64,000 nucleotides of DNA from Nitrosopumilus sp. (GCA_965219345.1 OZ244732.1:608001-672000), one strand, 5' to 3'; counted from the first letter of the stretch, positions 29,928 through 39,893 are shown. Program-made: numbers and translations. Notes: generated from the letters alone by a model not told the origin.

Positions 29928-30113
29928 ATGGGTTTTTCTATAATATCTAAAAATATAATCTCCCAAAGTAATGTTATTGTTAGTTTGTTAATTAATGAAT
30001 TACACTCTGCTCAAAGTACTGTAAATGAAGATGATTCTAACAAATTCAGATACTATGATAATTTTAACAGTATTACTGCTATCAAAGAATCTTGGTTTGA
30101 CCTTTGTGTTTGA
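29928..30113 (+). CDS. Small hypothetical protein
   Basis: 61-aa ATG ORF filling an intergenic gap. Confidence 0.45.
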   Translation: MGFSIISKNIISQSNVIVSLLINELHSAQSTVNEDDSNKFRYYDNFNSITAIKESWFDLCV

Positions 30114-30127
30114 GTCAGCACTATATT

Positions 30128-30658
30128 CTAATCTTGACGCAATTTAGATGCAATCTCCAAAGTTTCATCTACCATCTCTTTTAGTCTATTTTGTGCATTC
30201 ATATCTGAAACAGAATTATCAGTGATAGCTTCAGTGGTTAGAAATACAGCCTTAGGATTTGCTACTACTCTAAAGTATGATAACAATTGTGTGATTAACG
30301 TCTGGACATCGGTAAAACCAATATTTCCAGAAGCTAAAATTGCCATTCCAGATACCTTTCCTGCAGTTTTTTTATAATTGATATATTCAAACAAATTTTT
30401 CAATGCTGAGCTAAAAAACGAATTGTAGATTGGTGTTCCTATTAACCATACATCTGCATCTGTGATGTCATCAGATGCTGTCTTTGTAGCTTCATTGTAT
30501 TCTTCACCATATCCTCTATAACATTCAACTTGACCATCTGAAAGATTGATCAATTTTGTGTCTTGGTTTTTTGATTTAGCATAATCATAAACATACTTCA
30601 TCATAACTTGTGTAAGCGCATTTTTTCTTGGACTTCCAGAAATAACTACAACCTTCAT
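30128..30658 (-). CDS. NADPH-dependent FMN reductase
   Basis: ISGSPRK, TPIYNSFFSSALKNLFE. Confidence 0.92.
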   Translation of the reverse strand: MKVVVISGSPRKNALTQVMMKYVYDYAKSKNQDTKLINLSDGQVECYRGYGEEYNEATKTASDDITDADVWLIGTPIYNSFFSSALKNLFEYINYKKTAGKVSGMAILASGNIGFTDVQTLITQLLSYFRVVANPKAVFLTTEAITDNSVSDMNAQNRLKEMVDETLEIASKLRQD

Positions 30659-30710
30659 ATCTCAAATCACCTATCTTTGTATATAAATTTCCATGACTTT
30701 TAAAATTTAA

Positions 30711-30802
30711 CGGGCTTGGAGGGCTTCGATCCCTCGACCTGTAACTTAGGAGGTTACCACGCTATCCATATTTCGCGTCAAATGACTCTGCGCCACAAGC
30801 CC
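30711..30802 (-). tRNA. tRNA-Arg(CCT) with a non-canonical ~17-18 nt intron in the D-loop
   Basis: Acceptor GGGCTTG/CAAGCCC, anticodon arm GTAAC-CTCCTAA-GTTAC, T arm GAGGG-ATCGAAG-CCCTC; 92 nt with extra AGTCATTTGACGCGAAAT in the D-loop. Confidence 0.9.
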
Positions 30803-30827
30803 AGCAAAAAAAAACACTCTTAATTAT

Positions 30828-31538
30828 TTAAGCGTAATCAAGATTATCCCTGATCATTTCTTTAATGCCGTTCCAATTTTTATTTTCTTTGTCATTCCAT
30901 TTTTCAAAATATACAACATCTTTTAGATCAAGTCTTGGTAACCAACCTGCAGTTTCAAGATCTGGTTTTCCTGCAAACTCATCAACATATCCCAAACACA
31001 AGTATGCAACAGGAATAACATGTTCTGGTAAAGCCAGAGTCTCTTTTAGAGTTTCATTTGAAAGAATACTCACCCATCCAAGACCCACTCCTTCTGCTCT
31101 TGCTGATAACCATAAATTTTGGATTGCACAGCATACACTATATAGTCCTGCTTCAGGCATGCTTGATCTCCCAATAACAAAAGGCCCAAATTTTGTAGGA
31201 TCATATGTTACACAAAGATTTACTGAAGACTCTAAAATTCCTTCTAGCTTGAATGAAAGATATTTTGATCTCTTTGGGTCTTCAACTAGTTTTGATGAAC
31301 GATTTTTTTCTTCCTCAAAAGATTCTTTGATTTTCTTTTTTGTTTCAATCTCTTTTATCAAGATGAAATTCCATGGTTGAGAAAATCCTACTGATGGGGC
31401 ATGATGTGCAGCATGCAGAATTTTTGATAAAATATCATCTTCTATAGGCTTGGAGATAAAATGAGTTCTAACATCTCTTCTTGAATAAATTGCCTTATAG
31501 AATCCTCTTTTTTCTTCCTCAGTAAAATCCTCTGTCAA
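30828..31538 (-). CDS. bluB: 5,6-dimethylbenzimidazole synthase
   Basis: RRDVR, APSVGFSQPW, CAIQNLWLSARAEGVGLGWVS. Confidence 0.95.
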   Translation of the reverse strand: MTEDFTEEEKRGFYKAIYSRRDVRTHFISKPIEDDILSKILHAAHHAPSVGFSQPWNFILIKEIETKKKIKESFEEEKNRSSKLVEDPKRSKYLSFKLEGILESSVNLCVTYDPTKFGPFVIGRSSMPEAGLYSVCCAIQNLWLSARAEGVGLGWVSILSNETLKETLALPEHVIPVAYLCLGYVDEFAGKPDLETAGWLPRLDLKDVVYFEKWNDKENKNWNGIKEMIRDNLDYA

Positions 31539-31620
31539 CTATTTCACGCTTCCTTTCTTTTTATTCATTCTTTCTTTTGTTAAACGTTAATAATGCCAGC
31601 ACCTAGTCTTGTTTTTCAAT

Positions 31621-31694
31621 GGGCCGGTAGTCTAGCTGGTTAGGATACCGCCTCGACACGGCGGTGATCGTGAGTTCGAATCTCACTCGGCCCA
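31621..31694 (+). tRNA. tRNA-Val(GAC)
   Basis: Acceptor GGGCCGG/TCGGCCC, anticodon arm CCGCC-TCGACAC-GGCGG, T loop TTCGAAT, followed by a T-run. Confidence 0.96.
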
Positions 31695-31703
31695 CTTTTT
31701 TAA

Positions 31704-32198
31704 TTAAAAACCTGTTTTGAATTCTTTGTCAATAGTCATCCATGAAGATTGAGTAGTAATGCTTCCTTCTGCTGAAAAACTAATGATTCTATTTTCTATG
31801 GCATCTTGATAAATTTCTGAATTACCTTCAGACTTATCAAGAATAAATATACTTTTCAAAGGAAGTTCTATCCCTGGAAAAAATCCGGCTCTTCCTGGCA
31901 TTGAAATATCTACTGTAGAGTACTGTCCAGAACCCAACAGAATCCCATCACCGTAAAGATCATATGCAATCAGTGGAACTGTAAATGTTTTATCACTTGG
32001 ATTCTTTACAAGAAATGTAACATCAAATTTTGCTTGATTATTTATGGTATCAACATCTCTTAGTTCTACATTTGTTAATTCAATCTCAACTTGCTCAATC
32101 TGCACGGAATCTAGATTTCCATAGTAAAAAATTCCTCCCATCAAAGCCAGAACCCCAATTAATGCAGCATAAATTGTCATCTTGCTTTGAAGTGCCAT
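31704..32198 (-). CDS. LEA2/WHy-like membrane-anchored protein
   Basis: N-terminal TM; FLVKNPS...IAYDLYGDG. Confidence 0.75.
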   Translation of the reverse strand: MALQSKMTIYAALIGVLALMGGIFYYGNLDSVQIEQVEIELTNVELRDVDTINNQAKFDVTFLVKNPSDKTFTVPLIAYDLYGDGILLGSGQYSTVDISMPGRAGFFPGIELPLKSIFILDKSEGNSEIYQDAIENRIISFSAEGSITTQSSWMTIDKEFKTGF

Positions 32199-32280
32199 TT
32201 CAATGCTATCAGATTATGTACAACTAAAAAAGGTTGTTAAGATCCAAATACATAATATTTGATTTAAAATATCATATTCC

Positions 32281-32778
32281 ATGACTGTACTGGAGCAAGC
32301 AATTCTTACTTGGATTCATCTTGTTGCAGCTGCAATATGGGTAGGCGGTTCACTTTTTATTGGTATTGTATTTTCTCCACTTTTAAAAACAATGACTAAT
32401 TCTCTTGAAGAAAGAATGCAAATAATGATTCGTGTTGGAAGACGATTCAACATAATTGCTGTTCCATCATTAATTATTCTAATGGCAACTGGATTGTATA
32501 GTTCTCATGTGTTGCTAGGTAAACCCGAACTTCTTGTTTCAACAAGTTATGGAACATTTCTAATTGTTAAGATAATTCTTGTTATTGTTCTAATAATTAC
32601 ATATGCAATTCATGTTAGAGTAATTCGTAAGGACGTTGAAGAAAAAATTATGTTAAAGAAAATGTCAGAACCTCAAATTCAAAAATTAAGGAAAAAAATT
32701 ATTATTCTTGGCGAAATCACAGTAGTTTTATCACTAGCAATCCTGTTTTTTGCATCTCTACTTGATGCTGGAATCTGA
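32281..32778 (+). CDS. CopD-like membrane protein
   Basis: WIHLVAAAIWVGG, SYG...KIILV, 4 TM helices. Confidence 0.85.
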   Translation: MTVLEQAILTWIHLVAAAIWVGGSLFIGIVFSPLLKTMTNSLEERMQIMIRVGRRFNIIAVPSLIILMATGLYSSHVLLGKPELLVSTSYGTFLIVKIILVIVLIITYAIHVRVIRKDVEEKIMLKKMSEPQIQKLRKKIIILGEITVVLSLAILFFASLLDAGI

Positions 32779-32891
32779 GACTCTATCAATAATTACTCTA
32801 TATCCACGATCAATTTTTAGACAATTCATAATTATTTTCAATTACAACTCCTTGTGATAGTTTTTTAAAAAGAAATTTTCTATATTTCTAT

Positions 32892-33386
32892 ATGAACGGT
32901 TTATTGATCGGAAGATTCCAACCTTTTCACTTGGGGCACCTTGAAGCATTTCGGTTTGCACTATCAAAAGTTGACAAATTATGGGTTGGTCTAGGCAGTT
33001 CCAATAAACCTTCACAAAAAAACGATCCTTTCTCTGCTGAGGAACGAAAAGAAATGATTCTAACTTCAATTGATGATTCAATGAAAGACAAAATTTCAAT
33101 CTATTTTATTCCAGATTTGGAAAATCATATCAAATGGATTGAAAAAATAGATACCATTGTTCCAAATTTTGATATAGTTTTTTCAAATGACGAACTAACA
33201 AAACATCTCTATTCAACAATATCTGTCCAAGTAATTTCTATTCCCTTTTTGAAAAGAGATGTGTTATCTGGAACCAAAATTCGTAATCTAATTATCAATG
33301 ATCAAAAATGGAATGATCTTGTTCCTGATGGCACAAAAAATTTTTTGATTAACATTAGTGTAAAAGAGCGTTTGAAAAATCTCTAA
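32892..33386 (+). CDS. nadM: Nicotinamide-nucleotide adenylyltransferase
   Basis: GRFQPFHLGH, PFSAEER, SGTKIR, LVP. Confidence 0.95.
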   Translation: MNGLLIGRFQPFHLGHLEAFRFALSKVDKLWVGLGSSNKPSQKNDPFSAEERKEMILTSIDDSMKDKISIYFIPDLENHIKWIEKIDTIVPNFDIVFSNDELTKHLYSTISVQVISIPFLKRDVLSGTKIRNLIINDQKWNDLVPDGTKNFLINISVKERLKNL

Positions 33387-33428
33387 TTATAAATAAACCC
33401 CATATCTCCCTGTCATTGTCGATAACAC

Positions 33429-34577
33429 ATGGAATATCTTTCAATGCTTCCAGGTCCAACAAATGTACCTAATAGAGTAATGAAGGCAATGCTTGCACCC
33501 ATCATTAATCACAGAAGTGATGACTTTGTTGAATTATACACTGATGTTGTTGAAAAAACTCAACAAGTTTTTGAAACACAAAATGATATTGTAGCATTAT
33601 CTGCATCTGGAACAGGTGCAGTAGAAGCAGGAGTAATTAATCTAGTTAAAAAAGACGATAAAATCATAATTCCTGTAAACGGAGAATTTAGTAACAGACT
33701 ATCACAACTTATTGAAGGTCAGGGGGCTAATGTTATCAGACTTGAAACTCCACCAGGACAAAATGCAACTTTTGATCAAATAAAAGAAGCATTTGATAAC
33801 AATAAAGATGTTAAAGCATTCTATGTTGTCCACAACGAAACTTCTACTGGAACAATGGTAGACTATCTTGACAAAATATCTGACTTGACATCCAGAAATG
33901 ATGCATTCTATGTTGTAGATTCTGTTTCTTTACTTGGTGGTGTTGAACTTCCAGTAGATAAATGGAATATTGATGTGTGTCTAACTGGGGCACAAAAAGC
34001 ACTTGCTGCACCTCCAGGCATTTCTCCGATATCTGTAAGTGCTAAAGCCAAAAAATACATGATAGAAAATCCACCATCCACAATGTACTTCAATTTAGCA
34101 AGATACTTCCAATATTATGAAGAATCAAAGCATACTCCTTTCACTCCTGCATTACCTTTACTTTATGCGTATAGAGAAGCCCTAACAATAATGTTAGAAG
34201 AAGGATTAGAAAATGTCTATAAACGTCACAAGGTTTGTTCTGATGCATTGTACGCTGGGTTAAGTGCAATTGGTTTAACACCATATGTTGCAAAAGAAGA
34301 AGATCGCTCGATTTCTATTGTTGCATTAAATTATTTGGATGGACTAGAAGACAAAACTTTCAGAAACACACTAGCAAACAAATTCAAAGTCTTAGTGGCA
34401 GGTGGATTTGGAGATCTTAAAGGAAAGGTATTCAGAGTTGGATGTATGGGAGAAGTTAGTCCATATCATGTAATGAGAACTATTTCTGCAATTTCATCTA
34501 CATTAGCAATGATGGGATATGAAACAGATGCTAAAACAGGACTTAACACTGCAGAAGAAAAACTAAAAGCTCTCTAA
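33429..34577 (+). CDS. Class V aminotransferase (alanine-glyoxylate/serine-pyruvate type)
   Basis: LPGPT, HNETSTG, DSVS, GAQKALAAPPG, FRVGCMG. Confidence 0.94.
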   Translation: MEYLSMLPGPTNVPNRVMKAMLAPIINHRSDDFVELYTDVVEKTQQVFETQNDIVALSASGTGAVEAGVINLVKKDDKIIIPVNGEFSNRLSQLIEGQGANVIRLETPPGQNATFDQIKEAFDNNKDVKAFYVVHNETSTGTMVDYLDKISDLTSRNDAFYVVDSVSLLGGVELPVDKWNIDVCLTGAQKALAAPPGISPISVSAKAKKYMIENPPSTMYFNLARYFQYYEESKHTPFTPALPLLYAYREALTIMLEEGLENVYKRHKVCSDALYAGLSAIGLTPYVAKEEDRSISIVALNYLDGLEDKTFRNTLANKFKVLVAGGFGDLKGKVFRVGCMGEVSPYHVMRTISAISSTLAMMGYETDAKTGLNTAEEKLKAL

Positions 34578-34738
34578 ACCCTGTTAACTTAATTATCATG
34601 AAGTGAATCTTTCGTGTTAACATTTTCCTGAATCATAGTTTATAGGATTACTTCTTTCTTAATTATTACAAGTTACTATAGAATCATACGTAAATAATTT
34701 TGTAATATGTTCATATACTCTAGACTGATCAAATTATC

Positions 34739-35409
34739 ATGGGCAGTATTCTAAATGATGTAAATACACTTATTGCAAAACGAGTAGGTGGTTCAGCAAG
34801 GCTAAAACACATCAAAGAGACTTGAAAATAATAAACAATTGTATGATTCTGATCGTAAATATTTGGATGAATTAATAGGAAAACATCTCTTTTCAAAGAC
34901 TCAATTTGAGCATGATTCTCCCCCAAATAATATCGAACAATCTGCAAATAAGCCATCTAATCCTAAAACTGAGAATAATCCAAAACCAGAAAACAATCTT
35001 GAAAATAATCCCAAAACTCAAGAATCATTTTGTGGAAATTGTGGAGCATCAAAAGCTAAAGAACATGATTTTTACAAAGTGTGGACAACAAAATAATTCC
35101 AATTTTCAAAAATCTAAAAGAAGCAACTTTTGGTATCTACTTCCAATAGTTTTTGGTATTGCTGGTGGATTGATTGCTTATCTTGTTTTGAGAAAATCTG
35201 ATTCAAAAAAAGCAAGAAACTGTTTGATTATTGGTGTTGGTCTTACTTTAATTGGTTTATTCATTTTGTCGGCTGTTGATTTTTTCCCAAATGATAGTAA
35301 TAATGTTGATTTGGGTAATGAGGATTGGGTTGAAGAATACTGGGCACAACATCCAGATGAAGATCCATGTAATGATCCAACTGCTAGAGCGTTTGGATTG
35401 TGTGGATAA
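34739..35409 (+). pseudogene. Zinc-ribbon membrane protein with two frameshifts (~34823, ~35072)
   Basis: MGSILNDVNTLIAKRVGGSARLKHIKET / LENNKQLYDSDRKYLDEL...FCGNCG...HDF / TKCG...WYLLPIVFGIAGGLIAY spread across three frame segments. Confidence 0.75.
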
Positions 35410-36017
35410 TGAGATTTGCAATAATTATCGCAATAGCATTTGTTTTATTGATTCCAACCACTGTTTTTGCACAATCATCAAGTCAAGACGATAACTGTCC
35501 TATTGGAACAAAACCTGTGGTTAAAGGTACAACGATTGAATGTGTCCAAATCAGTAATGTGAAAAAAACTTGTCCTGACGGAACTTATCAAGGCAAAGAT
35601 AATCAAGGAAATTTTGCTTGTAGAGATATCAAATCAAACCAAATTGTTGATCCTAATACTGGACTCATGTATGATTCTCAAACTGGTGAAATGATTCTTG
35701 ATAACGATCAATCAACGTATGTTGGAATTGGTATTCTTATTTTGATTGTAATTATAGGGGGAATTATTGCCATATCTCGTAAAAAAACACCTTACAAGGA
35801 TTTACCTAGAAAACATTTTTCAGATTCTATAAAAGAAGAAGTATTGCGAAAACAAAATCATAGATGTGCTGATTGTAATCGTGTTTTAGATGTAGTAGAT
35901 TTCGATCATATTGATGCTGATAAAACTAATAATGATATTTCAAACTGTCAAGCTCTTTGTCCAAACTGTCATGCTAAAAAAAGTAGAAATGAACGAAGTA
36001 TAATGATGAATAAATGA
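35409..36017 (+). CDS. Signal peptide + Cys-rich ectodomain + TM + HNH endonuclease
   Basis: MRFAIIIAIAFVLLIPTTVFAQ; TM VGIGILILIVIIGGIIAI; CADC..DFDHID...NN..SNCQALCPNCHAKK. Confidence 0.88.
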   Translation: MRFAIIIAIAFVLLIPTTVFAQSSSQDDNCPIGTKPVVKGTTIECVQISNVKKTCPDGTYQGKDNQGNFACRDIKSNQIVDPNTGLMYDSQTGEMILDNDQSTYVGIGILILIVIIGGIIAISRKKTPYKDLPRKHFSDSIKEEVLRKQNHRCADCNRVLDVVDFDHIDADKTNNDISNCQALCPNCHAKKSRNERSIMMNK

Positions 36018-36294
36018 AATCTGCATCATCTCTAGGAAGTTACCATATTAATTTTATCAAAAATATCCACAGATACAGTAAAGTTGGATAATCATCTTAT
36101 AAATAAGAATATTGGATAATCTATTCAGTATTCTTTTTTGTTTCTAAATTCACATTTGATTTTACAACGTAACTCAGAAGATTCTTCTCACAGTTGAATA
36201 GATTCTTTGCATTTGATTTTAGGTTTGAACTGTCCTCTCTAGTCATCTTGGTAAACAAAGTAGGAAGATCTTACTAATAACAATAACGTTGAAC

Positions 36295-37290
36295 CTATAT
36301 TTTTAGAACTATACCTAGAATAGCTAAGGATATAGGAATAAAGAACCACCATTTGAATTTCTCACGTACATCTAGATTGTGAATTAATCCTGCTATTATC
36401 AAAGCAGCCCCCATAACTGCAATATCTATTTCTAGAATTTTTGTAGAAATCAAATCTAAATCAAATATGGATGGTATCCATGAACAATTCTCATTCATAG
36501 GATAACATGATTTTGATAACATCGTAACAAGTGGCGCAATAATCAATATACTGAGAATACCTTTCACAAATGATTTGGTTTTCTTAGTAGGTGTAAAAGA
36601 ATAATTCATTGAAGTTTTTGCTGATGATCTTGGATTAACTCTGATTGCAATAGAATCTGAATATTTATTATAATAAATTGTATCTCCCTTTTCATTTTTC
36701 CAACCTTTAGAATAATCTTTCTTAAATTCTTCTCCCGAACTATCATTAATGGTAATTTTCTTCTTATCAAATTCATAATCTTTTGGTGGTATTATGATAT
36801 AGAAAACCTCATGGTCAGAGACTGAAAGAAATTCAAGATCAAATGAAGTGTTAATATTTTCTTTTTCTGCATCATATTCCATAGTAATAACTCTAGAATC
36901 ATTAGGATAGAATTTTTTATCATGTGGTAATTTTATCCATAAAAGAAATGTTCTGTATTCTTGTATATCTTCTAAAAGAGATGTAAGCGATGTTATAATA
37001 TTTTCATCTTCAGATTCATCTAAAGTTTCTTCAATTAGTGCAATAGTGTATTTGTTAGTAATCAAAGGAAGTTTTGTTCCATCTGAATCATAGATTTTGA
37101 GATTTGGTAATAATTTTGTAACTTTAATGAAAATATTATCAACTCCATCCTCATTGTCTGTTCTTGAAATTAAAGTAAATTCACGTTTTAATTTCCTACT
37201 GTCTATTGTAACATGATCTATAAAGAAACGTTCTCTTAAAATTTCAATTTCTGTTCCTATTATGTTAGATGAATTAGAATTATCTGACAT
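36295..37290 (-). CDS. Hypothetical protein with soluble N-domain and about 3 C-terminal TM helices
   Basis: 331-aa intact ORF with GGAG SD. Confidence 0.75.
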   Translation of the reverse strand: MSDNSNSSNIIGTEIEILRERFFIDHVTIDSRKLKREFTLISRTDNEDGVDNIFIKVTKLLPNLKIYDSDGTKLPLITNKYTIALIEETLDESEDENIITSLTSLLEDIQEYRTFLLWIKLPHDKKFYPNDSRVITMEYDAEKENINTSFDLEFLSVSDHEVFYIIIPPKDYEFDKKKITINDSSGEEFKKDYSKGWKNEKGDTIYYNKYSDSIAIRVNPRSSAKTSMNYSFTPTKKTKSFVKGILSILIIAPLVTMLSKSCYPMNENCSWIPSIFDLDLISTKILEIDIAVMGAALIIAGLIHNLDVREKFKWWFFIPISLAILGIVLKI

Positions 37291-37293
37291 TTT

Positions 37294-37410
37294 TTATATC
37301 TCCGTGGATAAAATTATTGCATTTGAAATTTTTTCATGACTGAAAACCGTTACTACGCCATTGCGTTTACGGATATCAATAATTGTATTTTCTATTTGTG
37401 AATTGGCCAA
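37294..37410 (-). pseudogene. Truncated ATP-cone fragment (ribonucleotide reductase-like N-terminus)
   Basis: MANSQIENTIIDIRKRNGVVTVFSHEKISNAI matches the ATP-cone pattern KRxG...F...KI..AI; GGGAG SD upstream. Confidence 0.7.
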
Positions 37411-37643
37411 TAATAATCTCCCGCAGTGGTTAGAAAGAATACGGGTATTAATGGTTCTACAGTTTTTTCTTAAAGTTCAGTTCAATAATATTGACACCAT
37501 TACTATGAAGTTCATACAGACATAACATTGATCGCATATAACGATGATCGCAATGTCGAAACTGTTCAAAAAGTTTTAAAAAATGTCTGTAACTAGTTTT
37601 TTCTTTTTGAATTTTAGATTACATATAGAATTTTAATAAAAAA

Positions 37644-37913
37644 TTAGAGATCTATATTGCAGTTCATACAATATAGAGATCCATTTTTCATTCTATCTTG
37701 ATATTTTTTAGGATGCTTACATTCAGGCACAATTTGTGTTCGTAACATCTTTAAAATTACAAGTTCTGATTCTAGATTTTTTCTTATTAATTGAGCAATT
37801 TCAAACGGATCTTTTTGAGAAAATGATCTCTCTAATGAATAGATCTCTTCATGATGTTTGGTTTTCTCACATAGATAGTAATCTAGACGTTTGATCGCTT
37901 TTACTAAAGTCAT
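37644..37913 (-). CDS. Zn-finger protein (CxH...CxxC), paralog of 9715-9990
   Basis: CKHPKK...YCMNCNIDL. Confidence 0.8.
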   Translation of the reverse strand: MTLVKAIKRLDYYLCEKTKHHEEIYSLERSFSQKDPFEIAQLIRKNLESELVILKMLRTQIVPECKHPKKYQDRMKNGSLYCMNCNIDL

Positions 37914-37966
37914 TAACTCATTAATTTCATCAAATGCTTAAGTTCATAATTCATGTAGTAGATTTA

Positions 37967-38437
37967 TTGAGTGATTACAAACCAAAGCATATAGTTTTTG
38001 ATAAAGACAAATTTGTAGAAGAAAGAGTAAATCTTGGTGGATTAGCTCAAGTAGGAATGAATACTACTGGCGGAACTGACATCGATTAGGTAATTGAACA
38101 TAGGGGAGGATTCATCATAATGGAAAACAAGACTTTCTCAAAAGATTGGATAAGTATTCCAATAGGTCAGATACTTACTTTTGAACAAATGTATAAGAAA
38201 TTAAATGCAGATGGAAAATGTCATTTCCTTATTTTTGGACTAGAGAATGATATTGATTGGACAAATTCTGATTCTGAAATGTGGTATTTTGAGATGGAAG
38301 ATTGGAATAATGGAAAGATTTGTCCTAATAGAACAATTTCGTTCAAAAAATACGGTGTTCATAAACGAGAAATGACCAAAATTACAATTAAAGAATATAG
38401 AGATCTGATGGAAAAATATTGGAAAGAATTTGAATAA
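37967..38437 (+). pseudogene. PD-(D/E)xK nuclease-like gene with in-frame TAG
   Basis: GTDID*VIEHRGGFIIMENK; TAG at 38087-38089; same frame as ORF 38120-38437. Confidence 0.7.
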
Positions 38438-38606
38438 GATTTATAATTTCTTTTTCAAGAAATTTTCAAATTTTTATGTGTGGATCCGATTATACCATTA
38501 CAGGTTTTATTGCTCGTGGAAATATGCCTGTTAATTTGATATTATCTGTAGTCAGTTTGATTTGAATCGTAATCTTTAATCATCATAGTCACTTGATAAC
38601 AATTCT

Positions 38607-38813
38607 ATGGAGTTTAAGGATAGAGTATGTTGTGTGTGTGATAAACACAAGAAATTTCTTGCACGTATCAACGCGGGTTAAAAACTCTATTGTATGCAAT
38701 GTTAGGCAAAAATTACCAAAGAACATGGTCAGGGATACTGGAAACCTTGTTCTTTTGAAGAATTCCTAGAGGCACCATCATCTGCCATTAGAAACAAATA
38801 CGAAAATTGTTAA
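38607..38813 (+). pseudogene. Small zinc-finger gene with two internal stops
   Basis: MEFKDRVCCVCDKHKKFLARINAG*KLYCMQC*AKITKEHG... Confidence 0.55.
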
Positions 38814-38822
38814 TACCTATTT

Positions 38823-39656
38823 TTAACAAGAACTTCTTCTTGCTATTTCATCAATGATATTTTTCAACATTAATCGAAGATCACTACCTTTTGAATAATT
38901 ATTTGAATATATTCCATAATTTGTTCGTCTTCCTCTTGCAAGTTCGTATGTTCTTTTTGGATTTTGTGTACCCATTATTCCAATGCAATGTCCACCATTA
39001 CTTCGTACTGCAGAAAAACATGGAATATCACTAGGTCCATCTCCAATATAGATCATATTTCCAAATGGTATTCTACGTTGTTCATTTTTTATTGAATCAT
39101 TTACTAAATATGGATATTTACGTAGATTATCTTTATCAATTCCTTTGTTAATTGCATAAAGAAATTTTGTTTTTTCTGTAAAAGTCACTGTCGAACTTAT
39201 TGCATTGTATTTTCCAGTTGTAGAATCTATACTATAATTAGCTGCAAAAATATCTTTGAATTGTTCTGCAAATAAACAACCTTTCACGAGATCTTCTATT
39301 CCTGCAGAAATTATGTATCCTTCAATATTGATTCCAGATTTAATGCAATCAGGATCATTTGAAACATATTTTTGTAATTCTTTAATGAAAACATTAACAC
39401 CATTATACGGTTTGATTTTTTTTGCGAGTTTTTGCATTTCCTTAGGATTATTTTGCTTAATTTTTCCATTTTTCATTAGCCTCAAAATTTCATGAAGATA
39501 TGCTTGCGGTGGATCCCAGCCTTTTTGGATAAAATTTTCATCTATATCTTTCCAGAATTCCTTTAAATCAATTTTATTTTCTTTGAGCAAAAATTCAGTA
39601 GTATCAGAAACTAATGTTGCATCACAATCACAAATTATAGCAACAGTATTGTGCAT
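38823..39656 (-). CDS. HAD-superfamily hydrolase
   Basis: DCDATL (DxD), IISAG, EKTKFL, YIGDGPSDIPCF. Confidence 0.9.
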   Translation of the reverse strand: MHNTVAIICDCDATLVSDTTEFLLKENKIDLKEFWKDIDENFIQKGWDPPQAYLHEILRLMKNGKIKQNNPKEMQKLAKKIKPYNGVNVFIKELQKYVSNDPDCIKSGINIEGYIISAGIEDLVKGCLFAEQFKDIFAANYSIDSTTGKYNAISSTVTFTEKTKFLYAINKGIDKDNLRKYPYLVNDSIKNEQRRIPFGNMIYIGDGPSDIPCFSAVRSNGGHCIGIMGTQNPKRTYELARGRRTNYGIYSNNYSKGSDLRLMLKNIIDEIARRSSC

Positions 39657-39760
39657 ATTCTCATTTTGTCATACATAATAAAAAACGATCCTAGAACCAA
39701 TATACTTAAAATCATAAGATAGGGTTTTGATGAATATGCCTTGGTAGAATCAGATCACAA

Positions 39761-39893
39761 ATTGAACAGTGTCGAATTTTTGTGGAATTAAACTAGTTTT
39801 TTGAGATCCAAAACTGAACACTTGGATAAAATTTATCATGTCCCTAGTTTACAGCAATTTGGACAGATCCCGTAGATTGAACAGTGCCGAATT
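39761..39893. repeat. 18-bp direct repeat (1 mismatch), with an inverted partial copy at 37556-37569
   Basis: ATTGAACAGTGTCGAATT (39761-39778), ATTGAACAGTGCCGAATT (39876-39893); rc TTGAACAGTTTCGA at 37556-37569. Confidence 0.75.

Noticed and set aside
30711-31694. tRNA genes as integration targets
   Set aside because: No duplicated tRNA 3' fragments seen at the island edges, and flanking genes are housekeeping
34960-35020. Short repeat array
   Set aside because: Encodes a low-complexity ENNPK linker within the zinc-ribbon pseudogene
38087-38089. Pyrrolysine or alternative genetic code
   Set aside because: TAG is an ordinary stop in housekeeping genes here; a single nonsense change such as TGG->TAG is simpler
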